From Octopus vulgaris (Eukaryota): a DNA stretch of 64,000 nt. The stretch lies in assembly GCA_951406725.2 (NCBI GenBank), contig OX597815.1, positions 107,384,001-107,448,000 of the forward strand. The letters are read 5' to 3'. Numbering within the stretch: the stretch's first letter is position 1; every line of letters begins with the position of its first letter. The notes under the pieces are model-generated. The model saw nothing but the letters and a program-made list of their open reading frames with translations. It was not told the origin of the DNA and did not search any database. The position numbers and the translations under genes are program-made. Below, in pieces: positions 1 through 13,135 of the stretch.

Positions 1-419
1 ATATTTTAACACTGAAATCATCATTGCCTGCCATCATCATCATCAACTGCTGCCATCACATCTATCAAACATTTTGTCATCACAATCTGCAACATGTTTC
101 AGTCCCTCCTTCTACTCAAAACTCATCATCACTACCATCATCCATTCAATGAATGAGTTTCTCTATTGTTATTCAAGTGCAAGCTAGAGACAGCAGATAA
201 ATCTCCCTCAAATTATACACTACTTTCATTAAAAAAAAAAAAAAAAAATGAATGTAAAAACATTTGGATAATGTAATCAACAAACTAAAAAAACAGACGT
301 TGGTGAGGTCATGACTGGAATATCTGTCATCATATATTTTGCTGAGTCAAACACTGACCTTGGATTATACAACAACAATCACCATATGCAGTTTTCCAGT
401 CTTCTGTTTTCTCATGCTT

Positions 420-825
420 GACATCATTGTCATCATCATCATCATTCATCGTAATAGTCGTTGTTGTCATTGTCATCATTGTCGTCATAATCATCATCGT
501 CATCGTCGTTATTGTCATTGTTGTCATCATCATCATCATCATCATCATTTTGTCATTGCTGTCATCATTATCGATATCATCATCATCATCATTGTCATTG
601 TTATCATCATCATCATCATGTCATTGTCGTTGTCATCATCATCATCATCTTCATCGACGTCGTTGCCATCATCATCATTATCGATATCACCATCACCATC
701 ATCATCATCATCATCATAGTCATTGTCATTGTTGTCGTCGTCATTGTCGTCATCGGCGTCGCTGTCATCGTCATCATCATCATCATCATTTTGTCATTGT
801 CATCATCATCACCATCACTGTTGTT
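420..825. repeat. Degenerate (CAT/CGT/TGT)n trinucleotide microsatellite
   Basis: About 400 bp of CAT-based triplets; explains the poly-H/S/I ORFs. Confidence 0.95.
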
Positions 826-1852
826 ATAGTAGTCGAAATAGTAGTCAAATTACCTTTAAATCACATTTGACCATCTTAAAAACAATGTTACCTGAAGTTA
901 CACTGGATAATCTAGTGTAAGGTACACAGTGTCTGAAATAAAAATGAAGGGGTGGTCACTGCTGGAATTCTTTTCATCATGGATTTCCTAACCATAGCTA
1001 AACTCTGCTTAAACAATATCAACAGCAATATTGATTACCAGTGCAACAATACTAACTAGACTACTCACTTGTATACCATGTTCCATAAACCATTACAGTT
1101 ACAAGAATTAAGGTACCATGTTTTGAATTTCCAGGACTAAAATCTTCACTTAGCTTGTTGCTATTAGGTACTGGTGGTGGTGGTGGTGGTGGTGGTGGTG
1201 ACAGTGGTAATAATGTGGATAATGATGATGAGGATGGTGGTCATGGTAGTGGTGGTGGTGGTCATGCTGGTAGTTGTGGCCTTTGCCTTTCCTCTTACTG
1301 CACTGAAGACCACTTTCATCATCACCTTTATCATCAGACTATGGCTGTCACTATTCTACTCCTCCTCCTCCTCCTCTTCATCATCATGATGTTCGCATTA
1401 GTTTTGATGCTTGGATAGATTAGGTAGGTTTCAAAGAGTTTCACCTTTTGTCATCTGCCACACAGGACAACCGAGAAAATTGGCATGTTTGTGATTTGTT
1501 AACATATATGCACACACACAAACACACACACACACTTGCATGTGCACATGCACACATATATACACACACATACACTCACATGCATAAATACGTCTATGTG
1601 TATATGTGTCCATTTCTGCATCCTCAGACTCACTGACAAACGCATTCAAACTCACTAATTAAAATATTTCATTGCTTATGCTGTGTTAACATAAAACCTG
1701 TAATTTATCAGACTGACAAATAGAAATTGATAAAGTAAGAACCAGACTAAAATAGATATTGAATTAATGTGACAGACAAAGCCTTCAAGAAGAATGCCTT
1801 AACATGACTACAATCGAATGACAAAAACAGCAACAGACCAAATTTTACTTTT

Positions 1853-2062
1853 CAGCTGGCAGAAATGTTTGCGCGCCAGGCTTTACAGTATTTCGTCTGT
1901 TGCTATGCTCTGAGTTCAAATTCCACCGAGGTCAACTTTGCCTTTCATCCTTTCGGGGTCGATAAATAAAGTTTCGCCCTGGAGTCGATGTAATCAACTT
2001 AATCCCTTTGTCTGTCCTTGTTTGTCCCCTCTATGTTTAGCCCCTTGTGGGCAGTAAAGAAA
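1853..2062 (+). mobile_element. tRNA-derived SINE, family 2 (other copies approx. 2130-2340 -, 15150-15330 +, 30445-30630 +, 36515-36725 +, 37260-37465 +)
   Basis: Recurring GCTGGCAGAA...TTCTGAGTTCAAATTCC (B-box-like)...GGTCAACTTTGCCTTTCATCC body. Confidence 0.75.
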
Positions 2063-3054
2063 TATATCATACATTATTTTTGATACTAATCTTAAACATG
2101 TTGACAGCAATCTTGCAGGGCTGTGTCAAGCTTTGGCACAAGGCCAGCAAGTTCAGGAGAGGGAGTAAGTTGATTACATTGACCCCAGTGCTCAGATGGT
2201 ACTTATTTTTATTGACCCCTGACAGAATGAAAGACAAAATTGACCTTGTTGGAATTTGAACTCAGAATGTAAAGATGGACAATATGCTGCTAAGCATTTT
2301 GCCCGGTGTTCTAACAATTCTGCCAGCTTATTGCCTTAAAAATGTCATATAATAATAAACAATTGGATTCCATCCATTTATCCATCCATTTTTTCTGCCC
2401 ATTATCCCAGACAGGGTCATTGGAATAGAGTCCTCTTGCACCTCCTCCATAGGGTCCTACTGTAAGCAACTATCATTATACTTTCTGGCTGGATTTCCAA
2501 GTGTAACCAACTAATTAGTTAATTATTAATAATGAATACAATGAAAACAACATTATATTTATAAAACAATTATAACACCAATAAGTTTCATTAAACAAAC
2601 AAGTATATAATTTACATGTCTATACTCAAAATCTTATAATTATATACAACTATTAAACTACTTATTTATTTGTGATATTTAAATAAAAATTTATATATTA
2701 CACAATTCATGAAAAGATATTTATTATAAATAATCAACCATCTAGTTCTTGGTTTACCCCTAGGTAGTTGGCTCGACTTTTCTGTGACATTCTAATCACA
2801 TGTCTGCAGTACCAGGACTGTGACCTCTCATTGGTGAGAAGTAGTGGCTTAACCTGAGCAGACTCCTTGATTTCCATGCTATGCGCCCTGTTGAGTAACA
2901 CTACTCAAGAGATCCTTCAGAAAAAAACCCATTTTGGCCACTTGTACTTGCATTTGTACTCTTGATCATAGATGGAGGATACCATAAACATAAGGAGAAA
3001 AATGGAGAGAAAATTCCATTGAGAAAACGTATTCTACCAGGCAAATCATTGTCA

Positions 3055-3440
3055 TTATAATCATTTAGTGTCCATTTTCCATGCTGGCATGGCTAAGATG
3101 GTTTGACTGGGACTGATAAGCCAGAGAGCTGAACTAGGTTCCAGCCTGTTTTGGCTTGGTTTCTATAGTTGGATGCCCTTCCTAATGCCAATCACTTTAT
3201 AGAGTGTACTGGGTCTCTTTCTTTGCGTCACTGGCATGGGTGCCTTTTGCATGTCACCGGTGAGGGTGCCCTTTACATGTTATTGGTACAGGTGCCTTTT
3301 ATGTGTCACCGTCATGTCTGAATTTTGTATGTCACTGGCACAAGTGTCCTTCACATGTCATCGTCACTGGCCACAACTATGATTTCATTTAGCTTGACAT
3401 ATCTTCTGGAGCACAGCATGTCAACCTCAGTCATTTGTCA
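3055..3440 (-). mobile_element. Short RTE 3'-UTR/tail fragment (similar: approx. 6545-6805 +, 13455-13690 -, 19440-19962 +, 21770-22150 -, 23297-23605 -, 29300-29505 +, 30640-30990 -, 40490-40940 +, 58300-58645 +, 60965-61340 +)
   Basis: Shares CCATGCTRGCATGG...GGATGCCCTTCCTAATGCCAACCAC and the (CAT)n tail with the 3' end of the RTE at 10432-12540. Confidence 0.8.
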
Positions 3441-3559
3441 TCACTCAAATGACAATAGCAAAATAGAATCTGATTCATCTGCTGGATATAAACGCTTGGG
3501 CCATTTGAAAGTTTCAAACAGAATCTTATGGAATCAAATGATAATGATAATTATCTTTG

Positions 3560-4052
<493 letters not shown>

Positions 4053-4409
4053 TTGAAAAAAGTTTCTTCATTGATGTATCATTTGACCATTAAAACATTG
4101 GCAAGAAATTTTATCCAGCTGGGAAGTGATATCAATTCTAAAGCCAGCAAGAAGTAATATAATACTTTTCACTATAAATTAAGGGGCTTAGTCAATTACA
4201 TTGACTCCACTACTCAACTGGTACTTATTTTACTGACTGCAATCCAACCAAAGAACAACAGAAAAAGATGACCTTGGCAAATATCATTAATCTTACCCTA
4301 TATCTGCTATCTGCCTGCCTGTTGGCCTGAATATCAGTCAGTCTGCCTGTTAGTCGGTCAGCCTACCTGTCAGCCAACCTACTTACATGTCTGTTTATCT
4401 ACCTACATA

Positions 4410-5673
4410 TTAGGTCATCAAGTATGAAATTTGTAGAAAAGAGTAAAAATTTGCTAATGTTTTATACATACAAGGAATAGTTTTATTCATCAAAGTATGC
4501 ACCCATATTGTCAATACACTTTTGCCATTTCAGCTTGTCCAGCTCGGAACTGTAAAAGTCTGGCAATCTAGAGTCAATAAAATCTTGGAAGGTCTGTTTT
4601 ACAGCATCATCAGAATTAAATTTTTTCCTAACAAAAAGTTATCCAAATTTTGGAAGAAGTGGTAGTCAGTGGGGACAAGATCAGGTGAGTATGGTGGTGG
4701 ATGATAGAGAACTTCCTACTTCAACTCCTGTAGTTTCACCAATGTCATTTTTGGGATGTGTGGTCTGGTGTTGTCTTGCAATAAAATAGGAGTGGATCTG
4801 TTGACTGATATAGGCTTTTTTTTTTGTAAGTTTCTGCATCATTTGGTCCAGTTGGCTGTAGTATACTTCAGCCATGTTTGATGAACCAGGTTTAATGAAA
4901 TCGTAATGGATCACACCTGTGCCAGACCACCAAACGCACACTATCAGCTTCTTTTGATGAATTTTGCTTTTTGGACTGTGTTTTGGTGGCTTGTTTTTGT
5001 CTAATCATTGTGCTGAATGTTTACAGTTGTTGTATTGGATCCATTTCTCATCACATGTTACAATTCAATTAAAAAATGATTCATTTTTATGATGAGAAAA
5101 TAGCATAATGCAGGCTTCCAAATGTTGCTGTTTCTGATTTTCATTGAGTTCATGTGGAACCCACTAATGCAACTTTTTCACTAGGTTTGAACTAAGTGAG
5201 TCAGTATTGTTTGCTTGCTAACACCAAGCAACAACGATAATTCATGGGCACTTTGAGATGGATCTAACTCGACGGTGGCATTCAGTTCGTCATTATCTAC
5301 CTTTATTTCTGGTCGACCACGATGCTCATTTATGAGGTCAAAGTTACCAGAACGGAATTTTGCAAACCAATATGATAAGGTCTGCTGTGTGATAACATTA
5401 GAATGGAATACTCCATTAATATTCCGAGCTGTCTGTGATGCTGTATTTCCAAGAAAGAACTAATATTTCAAAACTGTACAAATTTCCAACATCCATCTCT
5501 AAACAAAAATAGCAAAAAACGATTTATAAATACTTTATAAAGTGCAAAATGAGTTAGAATAAAGAAATATATGTGTCAGCTTTCTAACAAAAAATAAAGA
5601 TTGTCAAAATATAATAATGGCACAAAATGAGCAGCTGTATACTTTACTACAAATTTCATACTTGGTGACCTAA
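4410..5673 (-). mobile_element. Full-length decayed mariner (DD34D) transposon
   Basis: TIRs TTAGGTCATCAAGTATGAAATTTGTAG / CTACAAATTTCATACTTGGTGACCTAA, TA target duplication on both sides; minus-strand motifs TCDEKWIQY, VCVWW, HPPYSPDLVPTDYH; frameshifted. Confidence 0.93.
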
Positions 5674-5749
5674 TACCTATTTATCTATCTGTCTATCTGT
5701 CTGTCAATCCATCTGTCTGTCTGTCCATCCATCCATCTTTCTATCTTTC

Positions 5750-6480
5750 TGTCTGCATACGTGGACAATGTCACCATCATAGTGTCAATCAGGCATATTG
5801 ACCTGGAGGCAAGACACTAAGAGAATACGAATTGGTAATGGGAGCAAAAATTAATCCAGAAAAGTCAGTGGGCTTGCAGCTTGGCACCTGGAAAAGCAAG
5901 CCCACGCCATCCAAGAACATCTCCATCGTGGGACACAGGACCTATGGACCGGTTAACTTGCCTGAGGTCTGGTTCAGTCCAGACCTCTAAATAGAGTACT
6001 GGGATGAGATAACGAATAGGGTAGTTACTCTCACCCAGCTATGGGCTGAGAGGAAGCCATCTCTAAAAGGTTGGGCTGAAGTGGCAAATGCATACATCAC
6101 ATCTGTTATCTACTACCATCTGACTATTGTGCCTGGTCCCCAACCTACCATTATGAAACTGGAATGCATACTATACTCTTCTGGGGGGTTTTTTTGTGGA
6201 AGGGAAGCGTTCTGATGGTTAGTGATCCATTTGCTGTCAACATCCACTAAATGGAGGGCTGGTTTGCCGTGGTTGATGATGCACAGACATGTGCTGAGAC
6301 TGCGACATCTCCAGCATTTCATAGATGACAGTGACTAGGTGTGGTCACCATTTGTAAGATGTGCTTTTCCGTAGCTTGTCTCATTGACTAAACTTCAATC
6401 ATGAATGAAGCAGAATGAGGCTAGGTAAATGGCACCATGACTGTTGCCATGCTCTCAAGCAGCTCTGCCAACTGGATTCA
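5750..6480 (+). mobile_element. Tx1/L1-clade LINE RT fragment, decayed
   Basis: Translates SAYVDNVTIIVS (YADD-like) and GAKINPEKSVGLQLGTW; multiple stops. Confidence 0.65.
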
Positions 6481-6519
6481 AACTTGTGTAATTTCAATTC
6501 CACCAAGGTGTTCTATAGA

Positions 6520-6550
<31 letters not shown>

Positions 6551-6822
6551 GCACTTAAAAAACACCCATGCCAGTACTGTGTTGATGCACCTGTGCTGGT
6601 ACTGCGTAAATGCACCTGTGCTGGTGGCATGTAAAATGGATCCTGTACACTCTGTTAAGTGGTTGGCATTAGGAAGGGCATCCAGCCATAGAAGTCATGC
6701 CACAAAAGATAATTGGAGTCTGGACAGCATTGCTAACCAACTCCATGTCAAACTGTCCAACCCATGCCAGCATGGAAAGTGAATGTAAAACGTTGATGAT
6801 GATGATATATATATATATATAT

Positions 6823-7482
6823 ATTATTGACTGCACACACTCAATATATGTGTTTTGTTTGTTTGCTGCAGCAGAGTGCTTAGGGGGTGAATCCCTTTTA
6901 ACACTGGATGTTAAAACACCTGAATGAGAGTCATAGCCAGGAGAGTCAGCCTGCATTCAAATGAATTTAGAAGTAGTGGATGCCAATAATTTGCCATTTT
7001 TGTGGCTTACCAACTTCATGTAGCTGAATTGAACCAGGAACGAATAGAACCACCAGTCAATAATATATATAAATACTGTAAGAACTATTTGCTGGTGTGC
7101 TACAGAAATGCATATGTAAGATTACAATCAATAACAAGTTAAAAGCAGAGCTAGTCTGGTAAACATTACTGACTGTAGATACTCAATGTATGTGTTTTGT
7201 TTGTTTGCCAGTTTGCTGTGGTATAGTACTTGGGAAATAACTCCCTCATATATGCTGGGTGATAAAACACCTGAGAGACAGCTTGCATTCAAATGAATTC
7301 AGGAGTGATGGATGCCGGTATTTTGCCATCTTTGTGGCTTACCAACATCATGTAGCTGAATTGAACCAGGAACAAATAGAATCACGAGTCAATGACTGTA
7401 TATAAATGGTTTAAGAACTATTTGCTGGTACACCACAGTGATGCATAGGTATGGTTAAATTCAAAAACGGATTAAAAACAGC
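6823..7482. repeat. Two diverged tandem copies of an approx. 342-bp unit
   Basis: TCAAT.TATGTGTTTTGTTTGTTTGC at 6841 and 7183; shared GCATTCAAATGAATT and GTAGCTGAATTGAACCAGGAAC. Confidence 0.85.
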
Positions 7483-8048
7483 ATATGGGTGTATGTGCAT
7501 GCATGTGTATGCACCTGTGTGTTTTCTGCATGTGTGTATTTAAAAACAAAGAAGAAAGCTATGATAAAACACTTCTATATTTATACTTCTAACTGAGAAG
7601 AAGAAAAAGATTGATCACCTCTTCAAATTCCTAGTAACAATCACTAACTGTTTAGATCATTTATTTTGCTTTAATTTATTCATTTGTTTGTTTATATATT
7701 TATTTTGTTTGTTTTATCATGTTGTGTCAGTGACATGACAGAGTTGAAAATTATTCTACATTAAACTAAATAGAATGGATGCTGTGGTCATCCATTATCT
7801 AATATCAAGCAGATCTAGTTTCCACGACTTGAAATTTCATTTAAATATGGCATGGTAAGTATGTGTGTGTGTGTGTATGTGTGTGTGTGTGTGTGTCTGT
7901 TTGTGTGTGTGTGTGTCTATTTGAATAAGCCAATGAGGTTTAATAGCTCTTATAGGTATATATTATACTGGTTAGCTTTGATATTTTGCTGTACTTAGAA
8001 TTTTCATATATACTCACATATATCACACACACACACATGTGATGTGTA

Positions 8049-8085
<37 letters not shown>

Positions 8086-8271
8086 GTGTGTATATAAGTG
8101 TTGTCATGTTTTGTATTAAAAAATATTCAACCGATGTGGTTCAATTTGTTTGTTTGTGGACCAAAAGTTTTCTCAATTTTCTATATATATATATATAATA
8201 TGTCACAAAAATTCCTCTATTTACATAATATCTAGGTCTCTTTCATTCTTTTGTTGTCTTGCCATTTCTAT

Positions 8272-8310
<39 letters not shown>

Positions 8311-8629
8311 CACACACACATATATTTATGAAAAATGTATAAATAAACAATGTAATGTATACTGAATGTAAAAATGATAAACAGAAAGTCCATAATTCAT
8401 CATCAGTTATTGACCAGTGGTACTGTTCAGTTTCGCACCTTTCACAATAAGACTAAGTGCTTCCCAACTGGTGGTGCCTGCAAAAAAAAAAGTTTTCTTG
8501 CCTAGAATTAGGGACAAGAGCAAACAAAATGAAACAAAACAGGCAAAATGACACAGAGTGTGACTTTGGACAGTGGACGGAGTCAAACAGTCTTGGAGCC
8601 AAGAAAACAAGAATAGTGTTTTGAAGGAT

Positions 8630-8833
8630 GAATTCATTTGAATGCAAATTGTCTCTCCTGTCTATGACTCCCAAGTGTTTTAACACCCAGCATATATGAG
8701 GGAGTTATTTCCCTAGTACTATACCACAGCAAACTGGCAAACAAACAAAACACATACATTGAGTATGTGTAGTCAGTAATGTTTACAAGACTAGCTTTGC
8801 TTTTAACTTGTTATTGATTTTAATCTTGCATAT
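8630..8833 (-). repeat. Inverted partial copy of the 342-bp unit (matches approx. 7111-7300)
   Basis: Reverse complement aligns across the unit junction. Confidence 0.85.
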
Positions 8834-8847
8834 ATATGTGTGTGTAT

Positions 8848-8904
<57 letters not shown>

Positions 8905-8907
<3 letters not shown>

Positions 8908-9251
8908 TAGCAGAATCACCCCGTGTTGCTCCGGGTTTGTTTCGACCCTTTAGAATTGGAATTTTTGAAAAGTAAAAATTTTGCATTATGTAGCTTGTTA
9001 TTCTCTTTAAGTGAACATGTTTCTGGTTGAAATACACTGAGAAATGGCGACAGAGCAATAAAAAAATCGTAAAAAATAGGGATTTTCATAGAAAAAAAGC
9101 ACTTTTTTGATGTAAATAATTTTTGGTGTTAACATGGTCCGATTTGAATTTTTTTCTTCTGTGGAAGGAAGAGCAAGCCTTCTTCTATCATACTCTCAAT
9201 TTTGGTCAACTTGTCCTGCAGGGTCTCGGAGGAGATAGTGTTAGTTGAAGG
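8905..9251 (+). mobile_element. Non-autonomous Helitron/Helentron(DINE)-like element, family A, truncated
   Basis: Starts TACTAG followed by CCCG-TGTTGCTC-CGGG hairpin; inverted copy at 41406-41797. Confidence 0.6.
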
Positions 9252-9889
9252 AATTTTGCTCCACTAAATTCCTTTAACCATTATAATTCTAACATAGTAG
9301 ATCTGTGAAATGAACAGAAGTGTGATCAGTATCTTCTCATATATCAGGAAATTATACCCACTTTATTATGGATAAAATATGGATAAATTCATCGTCTCTG
9401 AGTATGAAATATCTCCTCATATCTCCGGAAATTACACCTACAATATTATGGATGGATTTACCTTTTCTGTGAAGCTAACAAGCTTTTTCTAAAACTTTTT
9501 ATAAAACTGTGCATCATTAGAGAATTTTGGAAGTCTGCTTACAATCTAAATTTGTTTTTTATTGAACTCTCTTCGATACTTCATGAGTGTAGCCTCACCC
9601 ACTAAGATGTTTGGAGAACTCATATGTGTTTTGGCTGATGAGTACAGGACACTTGTATTTGCTGCAATATTTGCAGTTTTTAATAAAGCTGTTCTTCGTA
9701 TGAAACAATTATACTGAAAAACTAATCCATTCTTGTTGCTTTTTTCTTGTATATATATATATATATATATATATCCAAATTGAGGGAGCGGAGCAGGTAA
9801 ATACCAGGCTACATATGCTTCCTTGCTAGCAGATCCTCTGATGTAATAATTACTCAACAAGGGGTACTCAGCTAGCTGCTCATCAGACA

Positions 9890-10215
9890 GGAGTTACCTT
9901 AATTACATGAAAGTTATGCTGTCATTAAGGAACTCTTATATGCTGATGATTGCAATGTCATCAGTCATTCTGAAACATGTCTGCAATCTCTTGTATCTGT
10001 ATTTGACTCAGCTTGTGATGATTTTGGCTTGACCATCAATTTGAAAAGAAACAGTTGTAATGCATCAACTTGCATGTGGTGCTGTTTGCAACCCACCAAC
10101 AATTTTTGTTAAGGGTAAGTTACTTGAGGTTGTTGATTCTTTCATTTACCTTGGAAGCTCTGTAGAGAATGATGGAAATCTGGGCACAGAAATATATCTG
10201 TGAATTCAAAGAGTA
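9890..10215 (+). mobile_element. RTE-BovB-type LINE RT fragment
   Basis: Translates IKELLYADDC, FGLTINLK, LEVVDSFIYLGS. Confidence 0.8.
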
Positions 10216-10594
10216 GCACATGCATACACATATATAGATACATGTACACACAAACACACACACACATGCACACACACGCACACACACGCACACACACACA
10301 CACACACATACGTTCCTGGAAATTGCTTTTTATACATACCATGGACTGTTCAATGCTTACAAACTTCCTACACTTAGATCCTTGGTTCTTATGATTATAT
10401 ATATGTGTGTGCGTGTATATATGTATATATATCATCATCATCATTTAACGTCCGCTTTCCATGCTAGCATGGGTTGGACGGTTCAACTGGTGTCTGGGGA
10501 GCCCGAAGGCTGCACCAGGCCAGTCAGATCTGGCAGTGTTTCTACAGCTGGATGCCCTTCCTAATGCCAACCACTCCGAGAGTGTAGTGGGTGA

Positions 10595-11300
10595 TTTTAT
10601 GTGCCACCGACACAGGTGCCAGACGAGGCTGGCGAACGGCCACGCTCGGAAGGTGTTTTTATGTGCCACCGACACAGGTGCCAGACAAGGCTGGCAGACG
10701 ACCACGCTCGGATGGTGTTTTTATGTGCCACCGACACAGGTGCCAGACGAGGCTGGCAGACGGCCACGCTCGGATGGTGTTTTTATGTGCCACCGACACA
10801 GGTGCCAGACAAGGCTAGCAGACGACCACGCTCGGATGGTGTTTTTTATGTGCCACCGACACAGGTGCCAGACGAGGCTGGCGAACGGCCACGCTCGGAT
10901 GGTGTTTTTATGTGCCACCGACACAGGTGCCAGACGAGGCTGGCGAACGGCCACGCTCGGATGGTGTTTTTATGTGCCACCGACACAGGTGCCAGACAAG
11001 GCTAGCAGACGACCACGCTCGGATGGTGTTTTTATGTGCCACCGACACAGGTGCCAGACGAGGCTGGCGAACGGCCACGCTCGGATGGTGTTTTTATGTG
11101 CCACCGACACAGGTGCCAGACAAGGCTAGCAGACGACCACGCTCGGATGGTGCTTTTTACGTGCCACTGACACAGGAGCCAGATTAGGCTGGCGATCGAC
11201 CACGATTGGATGGTGATTGTTACGTGCCCACAGCATGGAGGCCAGTCGGTGCGGTACTGGCTACGGCCACGTTCGGATGGTATTCTTGTGTGCCACCGGC
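10595..11300. repeat. 62-bp minisatellite in the RTE 3' UTR: 9 near-identical units plus 2 diverged
   Basis: GTGCCACC recurs at 10601, 10663, 10725, 10787, 10850, 10912, 10974, 11036, 11098; diverged units at 11161 and 11224. Confidence 0.95.
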
Positions 11301-11462
11301 ACTGGTACCACAAATTCCATTGATGTTCATCTATTTTGATTTTGTTTGATTTGATTTTTGATTTTCACTTGCCTCAACAGGTCTTCACAAGTGTCACAAG
11401 AAGGAAGGTATGCACAGGTGGACTGACTACGTCCCAGGTAGGGGCCACGGGTTATGGCCTGA

Positions 11463-12540
11463 CTAGTCTTGCCGGGTCTTCTCACGCACAGCATACTTCC
11501 ATAGGTCTCGGTCTCTAGTCATTTCCTTGGTGAGACCTAAAGTTCGTAGGTCGTGCCTCACCACTTCGTCCCAGGTTTTCCTGGGTCTACCTCTTCCACA
11601 GGTTCCCTCAACTGCTAGGGTGTAGCACTTTTGCACACAACTATCTTCAGCCATTCTCGTCATATGACCATACCAGCGCAGCCGTCTCTCTTGCACACCA
11701 CAACTGACGCTTCTTAGGTTCAACTTTTCTCTCAAGGTACTTACACTCTGACGATTATGAACACTGACATTACACATCCATCGGAGCATACTGGCTTCAT
11801 TTCTTGCGAGCTTACGCATATCCTCAGCAGTCACGGCCCATGTTTCACTACCATGTAGCATGGCTGTACGTACACATGCATCATAAAGTCTGCCTTTTAC
11901 TCTGAGCGAGAGGCCTTTTGTCACCAGCAGGGGTAAGAGCTCTCTAAACTTTGCCCAGGCTATTCTTACTCTAGCAGTTACACTTTCAGCACACCCACCC
12001 CCGCTACTAACTTGGTCTCCTAGGTAGCGGAAGCTATCAACTACTTCTAGTTTGTCTCCCTGGAACGTGGTAGAAGTTGGTCTCTGCACATTTCCAGTGT
12101 TTATTTCTCCTGAGCATCTGCCACATACGAAAACTATCTTCCCAGTTAGCCTACCTTTGACATTGCTGCACCTCTTATGTGTCCATAGCTTACACTTGGT
12201 GCACCTTATAGAGTTTCTACCTACACCTTTTCTACAGATCGAGCAGGGCCATCTACCTGAAGTCGTTTGTGGTTGGTCCACCTTCCTACTTATTAGGACT
12301 TTGGTTTTGGCTAGGTTGATTCTAAGGCCCTTCGATTCTAATCCTTGTTTCCACACCTGAAACTTCTCCTCCAGTTCTGATAGAGACTCAGCAATTAGGG
12401 CAAGGTCATCAGCATATAGGAGCTCCCAGGGGCATCCTGTCTTAAATTCTTCCGTTATTGCCTGGAGGACTATGATAAATAGGAGGGGGCTGAGGACTGA
12501 ACCTTGGTGGACCCCAACCTCTACTCGGAATTCTTCACTG
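11463..12540 (-). pseudogene. RTE reverse transcriptase C-terminal part with embedded PHD-type zinc finger (5'-truncated)
   Basis: VGVHQGSVLSPLLF, LLYADDL, GLRINLAKTK, FRYLG, RRLRWYGH, RGRPRKTW; first approx. 54 aa of the 412-aa ORF come from the TA microsatellite and other flanking sequence. Confidence 0.92.
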
Positions 12541-12607
12541 TATATATATATATATATATTTAAGAGAACAAAGTGTACGTATGCCGCTATATATATGTAT
12601 ATATGTA

Positions 12608-12641
<34 letters not shown>

Positions 12642-12855
12642 ATCAACAAATAAGGGTGAGAAATTGGATACTAATTTAATAGTACATCCATTTAACACCA
12701 AGTGGCTTAGTGCATAAAAACGCTAGTAGTCGTGCTAACTTTCATCGGAAACAATTCTTCGTGGCTGAAACCTAACGGATCTATTTTTAGTGCTAGAGTC
12801 GACCACATAGTGGTTACTCTCTTATATTTAAGTATATATATATATATATATATAA

Positions 12856-13135
12856 ATACAAAATGGGTCAAGAACGTAAAACATCTGGACAGCTAGGTGA
12901 TACAAAAAGGGACAACAAAACATCCAGATAGATGATACAAAGAAAACAAGGATGGGACATTCAAAGTTTTCTTTCTTCAGTCAAGTACAGATTATCCTCT
13001 CAATTTTGGTTGATTATTCTTGAGATTGCTCCAATCTGGCCAGCCCCAAGGAAAAACTAAGCTTAGAGCATTAGATTCCTTGGAAGAATGCAGTGAATGT
13101 ATACAAAAACAAGGACGGAAAAAAAACGGACTGCC
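12856..13135. mobile_element. TA-embedded non-coding repeat, same family as the 58801-59025 palindrome
   Basis: Shared AATACAAAATGGG.CAAGAAC and TCTTCAGTCAAG...ATCCTCTCAATTT. Confidence 0.6.

Larger units (their letters stand above)
10432..12540 (-). mobile_element. Young 5'-truncated RTE-clade LINE (RT C-terminal half, approx. 1-kb 3' UTR, (GAT)n tail) in a TA microsatellite
   Basis: Uninterrupted RT frame 11463-12540; UTR ends in (CAT)n on + strand at 10432-10444; TA repeats on both flanks. Confidence 0.92.

Noticed and set aside
330-1655. His/Ser/Ile/Gly-rich ORFs
   Set aside because: Translations of CAT, GGT and CA microsatellites, open in several frames
7731-7860. Possible host exon ending at a strong GTAAGT donor (MDAVVIHYLISSRSSFHDLKFHLNMA)
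   Set aside because: No recognisable homology or partner exon; splice-like sites are common by chance; needs RNA-seq
9615-9665. CTGATGA followed by GTACA/TGTAT stem
   Set aside because: No GAAA after stem II
10595-11300. CRISPR-like regular array
   Set aside because: Units are contiguous near-identical repeats without unique spacers, inside a eukaryotic LINE 3' UTR, with no cas genes
12541-12701. N-terminal extension of the 412-aa ORF
   Set aside because: TA microsatellite and unrelated flank fused in frame by chance to a 5'-truncated RT
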